Notes under the pieces: generated by a model
What the model was told of the DNA's origin: nothing
What the model saw: only the letters and a program-made list of their open reading frames with translations
Database searches by the model: none
Program-made: the position numbers and the translations under genes
NCBI GenBank assembly: GCA_964016885.1
Contig: OZ024751.1
Coordinates: 49,724,001 to 49,788,000, forward strand
Origin: Eledone cirrhosa
Taxonomy: Eukaryota
DNA: 64,000 nt
Direction: 5' to 3'
Shown here: in pieces, positions 1 through 17,613 of the stretch
How positions within the stretch are numbered: the stretch's first letter is position 1
Layout: each line of letters starts with the position of its first letter

Positions 1-57
1 ATATATATATATATATATATATACATATATCTACACACATATATATATATATGTATA

Positions 58-96
<39 letters not shown>

Positions 97-151
97 ATAT
101 ACATATATATATATATGTGTGTATGTATATCTATATATATATGTATATAAG

Positions 152-183
<32 letters not shown>

Positions 184-257
184 CACACATATATATATTT
201 ATATTTATATATATATACATATATATATATCTGTGTGTGTGTATATATATATAAATA

Positions 258-315
<58 letters not shown>

Positions 316-1296
316 TGTCTGTGTGTGTTTATATTTTGGTAGTGGTTGAAACCATTGTTAGTTATAGAGGGCGGGGTTTATTGACAGTGATGGTGGTTGT
401 GGTGGAGGTGGGAGTGGTTGCGATGTTGATGTTGATATTGTTTGCATTTTATTGTTAGGGGTGTTGTCGTTATGGTTGATGGTGATGGAGTTTACTTCAA
501 GATATATGAAAATATAAGCTAAATGCATTCACTACACTTTTCCTTAAGATTTAAAGAATGGGGATTCTTTGAGAAAAATACATAGGGATACAGAATGATC
601 AAATGTATCTCCTTTAATGACCACAACTACAAGGATCTGGTCTGGACGTGGAAGAACCGAACTCCCACTGTCATCGCCTCCATCTCTGTCGCCGTCCCCA
701 TCTCTCCGTATGGTGACCAAATGTGGTCCTACTTCTAGATTCGAAATATTACCTGCCTGCGTTCATCTCTTCTGCTCACAGCCATCGTGGAATATTTTAT
801 CTAATGAATCCGTTACTTTTTCTCATGCTGTGTCAAGATGTATTGTACGTGTGATATGGTTTAATTTATTTTTTCTCAATTTCTCAACTAAATGTGAATT
901 AAACCAGTAATAGCGATCCTGCCTCTCTACCTTGTCTTTGTCATTTACTAACTGAAATGGCAGTACGACAATAACTCCATATAATACTGCTGTGAGACAC
1001 ACTAGACCATAAAACAGATCAATTCTATTTTATTGTTGTTAACAACCACAACAAATTAGCTCAATCATCCCACATGCAGTATATAAATTACAATTGGTTA
1101 GCTGATTGACTAATGAAGATATTGATTAACGGTTAATGAATAAAAATGTCATTACAATTTTTTATTCGTAAATTTCGAGCAAATTTATCATTCTTTCTCT
1201 TCGTGTCTTGACAAGTTGATTCTCATTAATTAACCCATTAGTATTAACTAGGTTATACTAATTAACTAGGTTATTCCAATGCAATATATTTCTTAA

Positions 1297-4104
<2,808 letters not shown>

Positions 4105-4388
4105 TAGTGAAAATTCCCAACGAATTTGAAGTTGAATTAGGTTGAAATACGAACGCTGGAACTCCTGTGAAACACTTTTTCTCTCTTCTTCATACGATAG
4201 ATATTCTCTCTCTCTCTCTCACTCTCTCTCTCACTCTCTCTCTCTCTCTCTCTCCCACTCTCTCTCTCACTCTCTCTCACTCTCTCTCTCTCACTCGCCA
4301 AACACACAGGCACCCATTTTAAATGAATAACATCAGATTGCATCGGCTTCAATAATATTTGTTTATATTTCTTTATTCCTACGTTTAA

Positions 4389-4420
<32 letters not shown>

Positions 4421-4739
4421 TTTTTCTACGTTTTGTGTATGTATAGAGTCAAATATATATTTTTAGATACCATTTCTCCTCCGAGGCACATAGATTTGAT
4501 TAGAGTAGCTACGTAGCTGTATATGTCGCTGACGAAATTAACCTAATGACAGTATATTTGCTTAAGAAGAGAAAATGTTGGCTGAGAACATTAAGATACA
4601 AATTAGAGGAGACTACTCTGCTGAGTAGATAGCAGTGAAGCTTATTAAGACTGTAATACCGAGGATTGCACAGCACACAAACATCTTCAACTGATAAATG
4701 GGTATATAACAAACCCATATATATAATCTATGGTCATCT

Positions 4740-4823
4740 ATCTGTCTACTTACTGCTTATCTATCTATCAATTTACCTACCTCCTACCTACCTACCTATC
4801 TATCTATCTATCAATGTACCTAC

Positions 4824-4860
<37 letters not shown>

Positions 4861-4937
4861 AATCTACTTACTACCTATCTATCAATTTACCTACCTCCTA
4901 CCTACCTACCTATCTATCTATCTATCAATGTACCTAC

Positions 4938-4978
<41 letters not shown>

Positions 4979-5172
4979 AATCTACTTACTACCTATCTAT
5001 CAATTTACCTACCTCCTACCTACCTATCTACCTATCTATCTGTCAATTTACCTACCTACTACCTATCTATCTATCTATCTACTTACTACCTACCTATCTA
5101 TCTCTCTATATATATGTATATTTATTTATCTATATCTATATATCTCTATATATCTATATATTTATATATCTA

Positions 5173-5236
<64 letters not shown>

Positions 5237-5355
5237 ATATATGTCTATCTATATCTATCTATCTATATATATCTATCTATCATATATGTCTATCTATATC
5301 TATCTATCTATCTATATCTATCTATATCTATCAATCTATATCTATCTATCTATCT
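4740..5355. repeat. (TATC)n/(TACC)n compound microsatellite
   Basis: Directly visible tetranucleotide arrays. Confidence 0.9.
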
Positions 5356-5516
5356 ACATATATGTATGTGTGTGTGTGTGTGTGTGTATCAATCTATATA
5401 TTTGTTTTTTTATCCATTTGTATATACATATGACCCTCCCAAAGTATATGTGTGAGCGTGCATTTAATTATACACACAAGCCCACACATCACATACATAT
5501 ATAAGTGTGTGTGTGC

Positions 5517-5548
<32 letters not shown>

Positions 5549-5806
5549 ATAGTAATGGACGAATATATAAAGATATGTGAGAGTGATTTTCAAACTTTAA
5601 CCGAATGTGCACTCAATACACGTGAATAGAGTGCAATATTGATTTTCTGAAAGTGAAGCGGGTCGGGGACTTCTAATTGTCAGCCAGATAAGCCAATAGC
5701 TGAAACTTCGAAGTTACTGCCACTTATCTCTTCAGAAAACACATATACATACATGATGGCTATCCCCACCATATCCAGTATGGCCATTGCACGATATACC
5801 ATTATT

Positions 5807-5986
5807 AATAATTGTTTCTACTTTAGGCACAAGGCCAGCAATTAACCAGTGTATTACTGGTACTTTATTTTATCGACCCCGTAAGGATGAAAGGCAAAGT
5901 CAACCTCGGCGGGATTTGAACTCAGACTGTAAAGGGACGTAACTATGCTGAAAAGCATGGCGTCCGACTCTCTACCGATACTGCCA
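5807..5986 (-). mobile_element. tRNA-type SINE, family A
   Basis: Reverse complement of consensus TGGCAGTATCGGTAG...GAGTTCAAATCCCGCCGAGGTTRACTTTGCCTTTCATCCTTACGGGGTCGATAAAATAAAGTACCAG...AATTGCTGGCCTTGTGCC..AGTAGAAACAATTAT, shared with ~20 copies in the window. A-box-like TGGCAGTATCGG and B-box-like GTTCAAATC. Confidence 0.9.
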
Positions 5987-5994
5987 TCTATCGC

Positions 5995-7137
5995 GCAATG
6001 CCTGTGCGTGAAGATTTTTCTTTTTAGTGAGGAAAGATTGTGCACTGAGCCAATCCCACTCTCTGAGTGACAGTAGCTATAACCCGAAAAGAAGAAAATA
6101 TCAACATCATCGGTAACGACTGAGCTGCTGGTTTTATGCCGGAGTTATGCCAGCTTCCTGAGTTGCCTTCTCCTAGAAGAATGCCCTGACAAAAGGTTGG
6201 GGGTCTAGTGGTTTAACTGCAAGATCGGGTATCCAGGCCGATTTTTTCTATGTCTCCGCGAATATATATACATATGTATACATGTATATACATACATACA
6301 TATACACATATGTATATACATATTTACACGTTTTGGAATGGTCGTTGCCTCTTATGAGTTCTACATAGATACACGGTAGCTGCAAACTCTGCTAAGAGTA
6401 TCGCAATCGCTTGTCAGATTACACAAAATGGTGCACCTTAGGCTAAAGCCAGCCACACGAAGCTGTAACATATCCTGAACAAGCAATACCTGTACTTTGA
6501 AGGTTTTTTTAATTGGGAAAAGGCCTTGCACTCGACCAATCCCACTCGCTGAACATCGAAAACACTACCCGAAAAGGAGAACTTGTCAACATCATCGGAT
6601 GCTTCCGAAGCCGGACATACATACATACACACATACATGGTGGCTGCCAACTCGTTTTCGAGTACGGCCACTACTTTATATCCATGTAGGAGAACCCCTA
6701 CCGATGCGCTAAACAAGTGTGACTTTTTAGTCCAGCCAGCGACTTGAAAACTCTGGTACAAACACTACACATGTGACAATCATTGACACACAGTGCTCGC
6801 ACCATGTGACGACAAGTGCAGAGAGATCTCCAGATATAAAGCAATGCCTGTGCCGTGAAGCTTTTATAGTGAGCAAAGGCACTGCACAAAGCCAGTCCCA
6901 CTCTCTTAACCAAGATGATATTTACCAAAAAGAAGAACAAGTCAACATCATTGGATACCATCAGGGTTGCAGGTGTTATATTAGAGTGTTCCTTCTCCTA
7001 GAATTCTGCCTTGACAAAGGCTAAGGGGTCATCTCTCAAGAAACCTTGGTGGGGTTGCCAATTTAGTCGCCAACGACCCGACCATGAGACAGGTTGTACT
7101 GGGATACATGTTACCAGTAGCACCAACTGGTGACCTG
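5995..7137. mobile_element. Decayed interspersed repeat, two related segments (possibly the 5' region of an RTE-type LINE)
   Basis: 5996-6200 and 6843-7030 share AATGCCTGTGC.GTGAAG, CCCACTCTCT, TCAACATCAT and CCTTCTCCTAGAA. Family assignment is recollection only. Confidence 0.4.
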
Positions 7138-7628
7138 ACATACATACATACATACATACATACATACATACATACATACATACATACATACATACATACA
7201 TACATACATGCATACACACACACATACATACACACACATTCTCAGACATACAGGAATATACATGTATTTGTGAAATATGTCTGCGAGAGTGTAGACGATA
7301 TTATATTTCTTGTCCGGAATATTGAGATGCATACACAGACGAAGAAGCACACATATTTATATATTAGTATAAACACTTGTGTTAGTACATGTAATCGTGT
7401 ATGTGTTAATGTACACATATGTATGTGTTCATGAGGACTATGTGTGTATGTGTGTGTGGAAGCTTTTATATGTATGTATCTGTTTTTTTATTGAAGTCGT
7501 ATCAACATTGCTATATATGATTCATGGTTTTTTTTGCCATTTAACACAATGTCTGACACTATGACACTATGGAACTGAGAGACTTATACAAGGAATTACA
7601 CACGGCAATAGTACACATTGCCACACAC

Positions 7629-7745
<117 letters not shown>

Positions 7746-7923
7746 CATACACACACACATATATAAATATGTGTGTGTATATATATATATAAACATACAT
7801 ACATGTATATATATATATAAACATACATACATATATATATATATGTTTATATATATATATATATATATACATGTAGTATGTTTATATATATACACACACA
7901 TATATAAATATATATATATATAT

Positions 7924-7954
<31 letters not shown>

Positions 7955-8829
7955 AACATACATATATATATACATATATATATATTCCTATTGGTGGTTA
8001 TGTGTATGTGTATATCTCTATTTACACATACATATATACAGAAGAGAGATAGCGCTGGCGGTGTTTTTACTCTAAATGTTTCTGTCGATCCCCGTTGGGA
8101 TAAGCTATAGTAGTTTAAACAACAAACAGTTGATAGCTGGCAGATAAGATCATTCCAGGGTTACATAAAGTCTAGCTGTATTGAACATACGGCTATTTTG
8201 TTAATTGCTGGGGAGTTTCCATTACAAATAACCACTACTTGCTTTATATGATTCAAACCTATGCAGGGATATCGAAAGATGTGATATATGGCGATATATT
8301 ACATCTTATGTTATATCATGAATACACACGCTAATTACTTACAACCCCCATATACAGACAGACAGGGAGAGAAAACGAGAGAGTGGGGTATATGAAAGCT
8401 TATATCATACTTAAATATACAATAAACCTATGGGTAGTCTCGCTATCAAAGAGAACGTTTTTTTCGTAACGAAAAAGCAACCTTTCTCTATTTCCTTCTG
8501 TCAATATATTTCAGAGTTGCCAGTGCATTTGGAGATTGTCAGCACTGTTTCAAGATTTGTTAATCTTTCATCAGTGGCACTCATTCAACCAGTACTGGCA
8601 TGAAAGACGATAGTCTGTAGAATTTTGAATGATGAACATTTGCTGTACATACATATTTGAATATAACATATAGAAAATATTGCCAGGAAATGTTCATACA
8701 TACATTCCTATGTACATACATACATGTTTCATTATGTTGTATATTTAACGATGTTATGTGAACTAGATAAAGAAATAAAATAAAATATTGCCACTCACTA
8801 TCCTACACACAAGTATGTATATATATATG

Positions 8830-8957
<128 letters not shown>

Positions 8958-9003
8958 CATATATATGTATGTATGTATATATACACACACCGGCACACAC
9001 ATG

Positions 9004-9057
<54 letters not shown>

Positions 9058-9929
9058 AACCTACATATATGTGTGTGTGAAACGTATATACATGTTTGTA
9101 TATACGTATATATATATATATATAAACACATATATACGTATATATGTGTTTATATATATGTGTGTGTGTGTGTGTGTGTAAATATATATATGTATCGGTG
9201 TGCGTTAAGAACAAATTTGAACAGACATTTTATTGATAGTATAACTTTGTACATGATATTAATTCCCACCAAGAGAAATGCTTAACACAAAACCAAATTA
9301 TGCATACATTAAAACCGTTCTGTTATCGACCTAAGAAATATTTTGATTTCTGTCGGGTGTATTGTGAATTTCTTGTCTTCAATTTCATTCAGAATATTAG
9401 ATCTTTATTAGATATTTATGACTGTCAACTTTTGTTTATTACAATTATACAAACAGCTCCCAAAGTGCAAGAACACGGAAACATGTCTGGATTTGCCAGT
9501 TAGATTATTCTTTCCCTTAACACATTGTCTATTTACAATGTTATTTCGTTGGAATTTCAACCTGAATAGATAACAAAAAACATTTGTTTTCTTTTTAAAT
9601 TTTAGGTCTCTACCTTGTTTTTTTTTTTGGTTTTTTTTTTTGTGAGATTGACGCAACGTTTAATGTTTAAGTGTCTTTGATACAACTAGTTAAGTCTTGG
9701 TAGTTTAAAGTTATGTTGTTTTATATATAAATATTTCGTTGAAACTGTATGTACCGTGATCGAATGTCACAGAAAATTGCTTCGTAATCATACGGCGCCA
9801 TATTTGAATACTCTGCATGTTACGTTAGCAATTTACTATAACTTTCCGTCAACTCAATTCATATGAGAGACATTGAATAGACTTAAAATATTAAGAACTT
9901 CATCAATTATGATTCTAATTGTAATTCTA

Positions 9930-10093
9930 AGGGTCAATCTATCACTTGGTGTATCATGTTAAAACTTCTTGAGAATTAGACTAACGATACATCCATTTGT
10001 GGAATACTCAGCCACACGGATGTTAAATCTATGTGCAAGTTGCTCCGTTCATCGAACAACTGGAACGGTCACCGTCGAAAACGACGGAGCGAC
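9930..10093 (+). mobile_element. Decayed SINE, family C (3' part)
   Basis: TGTGGAATACTCAGCCAC...CCGTTCATCG...ACGACGGAGCGACA is similar to 30245-30315 and 38320-38380. Confidence 0.5.
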
Positions 10094-10320
10094 ATTTTCA
10101 TTTTGTATTTTGAAGTCTATTAAGTTGTTACCAAGCTGTACATATCTGCCATATACACGCAGACATCTATCTATATGTATATGTGTATAAGTGTGAGTGT
10201 GTGTTTGTGTGTGCGTTCTATCTCTCTGGCTCTCTATCTAACTATCTATCTATCTATCTATCTATCTATGTGTGTGTGTGAGCTCTCTCTCTATCTATCT
10301 ATCTGTCTATCTATCTATCT

Positions 10321-10710
10321 GGTCCTTTTTTTCAAGTACCATTTTAGAAGAAGGATCAGAATGGAGGAAAGGTGCTATACCCCAGAAAGTTTTATGAAAG
10401 GTGGGTGAAAGTGGCGAGAATGGCCCGAGTGAATGGGCCTTCTCTCTATATCTGCCTATAGATGAGAGAGGAGAAGAAGGGAGCACCCGGTCTTTGTGCT
10501 CCTGAGGAGGAGAGTTGCACATTTTTTTCGGGGGTGTGTGCGACCCACGTCAACACCCCCTCCCTATTGAGGACTTCGATTGTTGAATTTGATTTGTTAT
10601 ATGTTTTTACACATCCTTTGAAATGTATGTAACCCCCCCCCCCCCACACACACACACACACTTGTATTTGTCCCAATCTTTGATGCCCTGGTGGCAAATA
10701 AATAGAAAGT
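10321..10710 (+). mobile_element. 5'-truncated Tx1/L1-clade LINE 3' end (sister subfamily of the 30448-35877 element)
   Basis: Translates, with a frameshift, to FFKYHFRRRIRMEERCY...WVKVARMARVNGPSLYICL*, matching the ORF2 C-terminus FFKFHLKRKIRVERE...WVREASMARVNGPTLSMCL* of the full element. The 3' UTR ends CCCTGGTGGCAAATAAATAGAAAG. Confidence 0.85.
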
Positions 10711-11214
10711 TATCTATATATCTATATATATGTGCGTGTGTGTTTCTATCTCCCGAATTTCATTCATAGAGCAGTAGATATCAGACACTATTGAATGAAA
10801 AACCGGCCTATATTCCTCGAAGTGGTATCGAACTTAGAACCACGACTTCCCCCATCACGCTCCATAAATGTAGAAAGATGTCCATATATTGTAACGATCA
10901 TTAGCTCAGTTATTTAATGCAATTTTTACCGTTGACTGCCTTACTGAATCAGAACACTAACTCTACTTTCAACTTCTATTGATATATAATATATTGATAT
11001 ATAATATATTAGCTTACTTTCTCTGATACGATTATTTGTATTACTGATTTTCTAAATATCTAACGATATCCTATTGCTTTGTTCCTAATTCATCTAACAA
11101 TTCTCACAGCTGTTAAAGCATGTTAATTTTTTTTTTACTAACCCTAACTAAAACTCTCTTTCTTTCTTTTTTCTTTCTCTTCTGTCCTTGCATGGCCAAT
11201 CAAACTAACTTCAG

Positions 11215-11295
11215 GTGAACCGGGACAGAAAGGAGAAAAAGGTAAAGAGGGCAACCGTGGACTAATTGGTTTCCCAGGCTTCAAAGGAGAACAAG
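11215..11295 (+). CDS. Collagen triple-helix exon, 81 bp: (G)EPGQKGEKGKEGNRGLIGFPGFKGEQ(G)
   Basis: Polypyrimidine tract and CTAAC branch-like motif upstream, CAG acceptor at 11212-11214, nine perfect Gly-X-Y triplets, GT donor at 11296, phase 1-1 with split Gly codons. Confidence 0.9.
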
Positions 11296-11361
11296 GTAGT
11301 TGATAAAAGCAGTTGTATTGTGTATGTTTGAGCTGTTGTTATATATTATATTTTATTTATT

Positions 11362-11400
<39 letters not shown>

Positions 11401-12585
11401 TCATTTATTTGTTTATATATTTATTTATTATTTGTCGAGAATCTCAATCTTAGAATTAGGAAAGAATTCAGAAACTTTTGGTCTCGCATGAACGAAACCA
11501 AGAAACGAAATGAAATATGAGCGGAAGATTGATTTTTTTTTTTATTAAGGGTAGAAACGAAATCAATTTTATCAACTATTGCCGGCGCCTAAAGTACTTT
11601 CACAATTATACGTCTGGCCAGCAGCCCCATATCTGAAAGTAAAATCAGATCTTGTAAGATATACATTTGGTATATTGATTAAAGTATTCACAAAATCTAC
11701 ACTAAACCCGTGCATATAACACTCCTTGCTCACCTGGCACACATGAGTTTATACTGGTAGTATAATTAAAGTTGCACAATTTAGCAACGTACATCTGTTG
11801 GCAAACATTATGTCGAGAATGCTACAACACTTAATATGCAGTACTGAGATTAAATCAGCCCATGATAAAATATTATTGCACCTAATCTTCACTTTGTACG
11901 TTGCTTTAAATGATTTTGGGAAAACAATGTTTTCAGAGATATTACTTTATAACAATGACTCCCTAGGCAGAAAAAAACATTTTTTTTTTTTCTGAAATCA
12001 TATATTTGGTACAAAACAATTAAACAGTATAAACGCAAGTGTTCGTAATGGGATATCGAATTTCGCATGATATTGATTTGTTTTACAAGTGTCTGTTGTC
12101 TGTTTTGATGTGTGTTCATGTCTAGATTAATGGTTAGCTAGCTATTTGCTTTTGTACCCATAACTTTTCATATGAAAGAACATGACATTTGAATGCATGT
12201 GTATATGGTTGCATGGAGCATGCAATATCCTAAGTAATTTAGATCCTGTTTGAAAACTGAATTTGCCACAATTTATTTTATTATATTTGTATAAAAAATG
12301 GCGGAGGAGGGAAATCATGTAGAATATTTTGTTTGTGGTTTGTATGTTTTAGCTTCCGTTATAACTTATATGTATACATATATACAGGAGTATATATGGT
12401 CAACATTATTCAGCTAATCATATGCCATGTCCAGAAGTTTGACTTTCTGCTTGAAAAAGACAGAGACAAAGAATGAGACAGAAGAAGTGAAATAAAAAAT
12501 ACTATAAACGAATTTTTTCAGTGAAATAACGTTTCTGCCACAATGACTCTCTCTAGCTCTCTTTCTTTCGCCTCTCTCTCTCTCT

Positions 12586-12673
<88 letters not shown>

Positions 12674-12831
12674 TACACACATACACACACATACAAACAC
12701 ACACACGCGCGCATACACATAAACAGAGAGAAAGAGAGACAGAGAGAGGGAGTGATACACGCACACACGCACACACACACACCCCATGCGTCAAGTCAGT
12801 TCCGAAATGTGAATCTCCATCTCTCTATCTC

Positions 12832-12888
<57 letters not shown>

Positions 12889-13268
12889 CTCTCTCTCTCT
12901 TTCTCTATCTCTCTTTCTCTATCTCTCTTTCTCTCTCTCTATATATATATTATTTAAACAAATTAAATACTGTAATCATATATTTTTGCTTTCATCCCTA
13001 TACTGTATCTTCAGTAACTCAGATATTCTTAAAAGTATGGAAGCAGATATAAATATTTCATAATGTTACTGGTACATAACTTATTCAAAACGCTGAGAGA
13101 TATTAAAGCTCCATGTGGCAATGTTCAATGAAGCTACATCCATAACCATGCAGATAGAATACATCAAATGCACTTACTTGTTTTAGTGTGGTGATAATAT
13201 CTTCAGTATAGATAGTGAACACTATCAGTGTATTTAGCTTCTTGGATAAAATGAAGACTTATAAATTG

Positions 13269-13901
13269 CTAGCAGTGGTACCACCCGGCGTTGCACGGGA
13301 TAAGGTATTTTGGAACGCGGGCCGCCAACAGACCGAATCGTGGAAAAACTGCATGCCTGGACAATATGTAAAGAAAATAAACCGAATACTCTGATGGCTG
13401 GATAATCTTTAAGATTTTCCTCGATGAAGCAGGTAAAATGCAGGTTTTCACCTAATGCGGGCCCTAGTGGATCAAGAAAATGAATTTTTTTTCATGTGCA
13501 TAATATGCCTTGAAATTTCGGGAAAATCGGCTCAGAAAAGCCCTAAAAACCTGAAAAAATGAAGTTTTCACCTAATGCGGGCCCTAGGCCATAAATAAGC
13601 TGGAATTTCTTTGCTAACGGTATGAAGAAGAAACTGATTAATACATAGTTAAAATTTTAGGAAATCGGTTTGACGTAACGCCTCAAAAAACCCCTAAAAA
13701 GCTGAAAAAACGCAGTTTTTCACCTAATGCGGGCCCTAGGGGATCACAAAGTTAAATTTTTTATGCGGAAAACACTCCGTGAAACATAAGTAACGTTCCT
13801 GTAAAGGTTAAAAAACATCGGTTGCGAACTTCTCGAGTTTTAGGGATTCAAACTGACAGACACACACACACAGACAGACATCCTCAGTTTTATATATATA
13901 A
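13269..13901 (-). mobile_element. Non-autonomous Helitron-like element
   Basis: On - it starts T.TATATATATAAAA followed by (GTCT)/(GT) repeats and ends with the hairpin CCCGTGCAACGCCGGG shortly upstream of a terminal CTAG. TTTTCACCTAATGCGGGCCCTAG is repeated internally at 13445, 13565 and 13717. Confidence 0.75.
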
Positions 13902-14236
13902 ATTAGTTGTAACTGTATAAAACAATTAAACAGAACAATGTAAGGAATGAAGGAGGTTGACATGTTTGCTAGGCGTACAATTGAGTGGCTGCATATCTAC
14001 ACACGGTGGCACATCTGTCAATCTTTTATACGTACATATGTACATATGTACATATATAAAATCACATTCACAAGAATAGGCGTTTCCTTGGTTGCGCAAA
14101 GGGAGGAGAACACAAACACGTCCATGCATATATATATACATATACATATATATATATGTATATATATATACATATATATATATATGTGTATATGTATAAG
14201 TATATATATATTTGTGTGTGTATATATATATATATA

Positions 14237-14518
14237 AAAGTCTAAAGTCTGTCTTAAGCCAGAAGGCTCATTTGGCCGGTGCTTATCCCGGTTTCATGGC
14301 GTGAAACGACTGAGAGTACAAGACTCTCCTGGACAGGACGCCAGTCCATCGCAGGGTTAAACCTCCAGCTATTGCTAATACTCATTTTCAGCTGAGTATA
14401 CTGGAGCAACGTGAACTGAAGTGTTTTGCTCAAGAACACAACACGCAACCCAGGAATCGAGCCCTCTAAAATACGATCGCAAGTCCAACACCCTTACCAC
14501 TAGGCCACGTGCCTCCAC
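14237..14518 (-). mobile_element. tRNA-derived SINE, family B (CORE-like and V-like blocks)
   Basis: GGAGGCACGTGGCCTAGTGGTAAGGGTGTTGGACT tRNA-like head, GTTGTGTTCTTGAGCAAAACACTT block, CCCTGCGATGGACTGGCGTCCTGTCCAG block and (AGACTTT) tail. Paralog at 57920-58198. Confidence 0.85.
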
Positions 14519-14582
14519 TATATATATATATATATATACATATATATTTATATATATATTCATATACACACATATATATATG

Positions 14583-14656
<74 letters not shown>

Positions 14657-14686
14657 CAAATATTTATATATATACATATATTAATG

Positions 14687-14815
<129 letters not shown>

Positions 14816-14955
14816 AGTAAGTATGTTTTGAAACAGTGAGCGAGTTTGAAATTAGAAAATATATAGCTTTCACCGTATTTGACTAAAGGAATTTTAGCTT
14901 GATAACGGGGTTTAGAGCCCTCAGATAAATGGAAAAAGATGAGTATTGACGTACA

Positions 14956-14990
<35 letters not shown>

Positions 14991-15419
14991 ATATATATAT
15001 ATATATGGCAAGTTTTAAACGAAATCATTATTCTACAAAAATCTATATGCAACATGTTAAGAAAAAATTGTAAACAAAATATACATATCTATATTTACTT
15101 CATATTGATTTTTTTTTTCTAAATTTCAATTTTATTTTTTCAATGTTTTCTGTTTTGCGTCCCTTAGAAAAAAATATAAATGAATAAATAAATAAATAAA
15201 TAAATGAATGAATAAATAAATAAATGAATAAATAAATAAAAAGCGATAACAATAACTATAATGAAGGTTTTAATCCTAATTTCATAAATGAATACGTATT
15301 CATTTATTTTCAGCTATGTCTTCTTATTTTTTTAAATTCATAATTATGTGTTGTTGATGTTTTTTTTTGTTTTTGTTTTTTTCGTTGTGAATTCATATGC
15401 TATACTAACATGTACAAAT

Positions 15420-15700
15420 ACCTACATACAAACACATCCATCATACATATACATAAATCACCCACCCATACAAACACATAAATACAATAGATACATTTTA
15501 CCCATACAAACACATACACAAAAACATCCATCATGCATACACATAAATACCATAGATACATTTTATACATACAAACACATACACAAAAATATCCACCATA
15601 CATACACATAAATACCATAGATACATTTTACACATGCAAACACATACACAAAAACACCCATCATACATACACATAAATACCATAGATTCATTTTACACAC
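15420..15700. repeat. ~68-bp degenerate tandem repeat
   Basis: CATAAATACCATAGATACATTTTA and variants recur at about 15477, 15542, 15608 and 15672. Confidence 0.7.
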
Positions 15701-16231
15701 ATACACATACACATTCCGAAAAAAATCAGTCATCATACATATACACCAATGCAGTCTACTTACACACACACATATACAGAAAAAAATACAGCCATCATAC
15801 ATATACACAATTATAGTGTAGCTCACACATAAACACACACATACAAACACACAAATACACACACATACATATTCTGAAAGAAAAAAAAATCCTCATAAAT
15901 ATACATAAATACAGAGTGTGCGTGTATGAGCTAGAATGTATTTGTGTATATGTAAGATCGGTGTATTTCTTTCTGAATATGTGTGTGTGTGTGTGTGTGT
16001 GTGTGAATGTGTGTATGTGCTGTATTAATGTATATCTATGATACACACACATGCACACACATACGTACACACACACACACGCACACATATTCATAAAAAA
16101 ATACACCCTTCATACATATACACAAATACAGTCTAGGACACACACACACACACACATACACACATACACACATACACACATACACACATACACACACCCA
16201 CACACATACATACACTCACACACACACGGAC

Positions 16232-16262
<31 letters not shown>

Positions 16263-16745
16263 TACACACACATACACCCACCCATAGACATATATACACT
16301 CATACACACACGCACACGCGCACACACGCACACACACACACACACACACACGCACACACACACAAACACACACTCACACAAAAATATACCCACACATACG
16401 CACACACACACACACACACACATACATACATAGGCATATACATTCACTTATAGGTAATCCAATCTCTCCTCATTCAATGATGTGGCCCCTCTTGTACTCT
16501 TTATTCGCCATTGATGTCAATATGCAATGGCGTCTGGTAAGAGGTAGATAAAGCTGTTTTAATTCGTTTATTTTTTCTTCTTCCAAAAGAGGTAATTTTG
16601 CCCTGCATCACTCTTCTTCCACATCTTTGTTCAATATTTCCATCCATTTAAATTTTCTTTCTCTCTTTCTCTCTTTCTCTCTTTCTCTCTTTCTCTCTTT
16701 CTCTCTTTCTCTCTTTCTCTCTTTCTCTCCCTCTCTTTCTCTCTT

Positions 16746-16789
<44 letters not shown>

Positions 16790-16954
16790 CATATATATAT
16801 ATATACATATATATATATACATATATATATATATGTGTATATACACAAACACACACACACACACACCAACAAACACGCAAACACACACACATATATATAT
16901 ATACATACATATATATATATATGTATATACATATATATATATATATATGTATAC

Positions 16955-16989
<35 letters not shown>

Positions 16990-17235
16990 ATATACATATA
17001 TATATATATACATATATATATATGTATATACATATATATATATGTATACATATATATACATATATATGTATATATGTATATATATCCGCTATTTTCTATG
17101 CTATTATACTTGTTCTACTTCCGTTTCATCATTGCGGTTTCCTGCGTTTAATAAACAATTTTCAACATCAATAACACTATTTAAAAACATTACAATGCAT
17201 ATATATTTATATATATATACACATATATCTCTCTC

Positions 17236-17282
<47 letters not shown>

Positions 17283-17295
17283 ATATATATATATA

Positions 17296-17406
<111 letters not shown>

Positions 17407-17528
17407 GGAAATATATATTCTCAAGTAGCTTATATGTAAACTTAATAGAAATGTTATTTAATTGTTCACTCACCCTAAGTTAAACAGGCTCACACACACA
17501 GGCATACACACACACACACACACATACA

Positions 17529-17613
<85 letters not shown>

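Noticed and set aside
617-910. 97-aa ORF in moderately GC-rich unique sequence
   Set aside because: No recognisable motif or convincing splice context; cannot be supported.
4525-4560. CTGACGA...GACA hammerhead-like string
   Set aside because: GAAA is absent and there is no stem I/III pairing.
14474-14518. tRNA-like sequence (also 57920-57990)
   Set aside because: It is the head of a SINE; no complete cloverleaf, and it continues into the SINE body.
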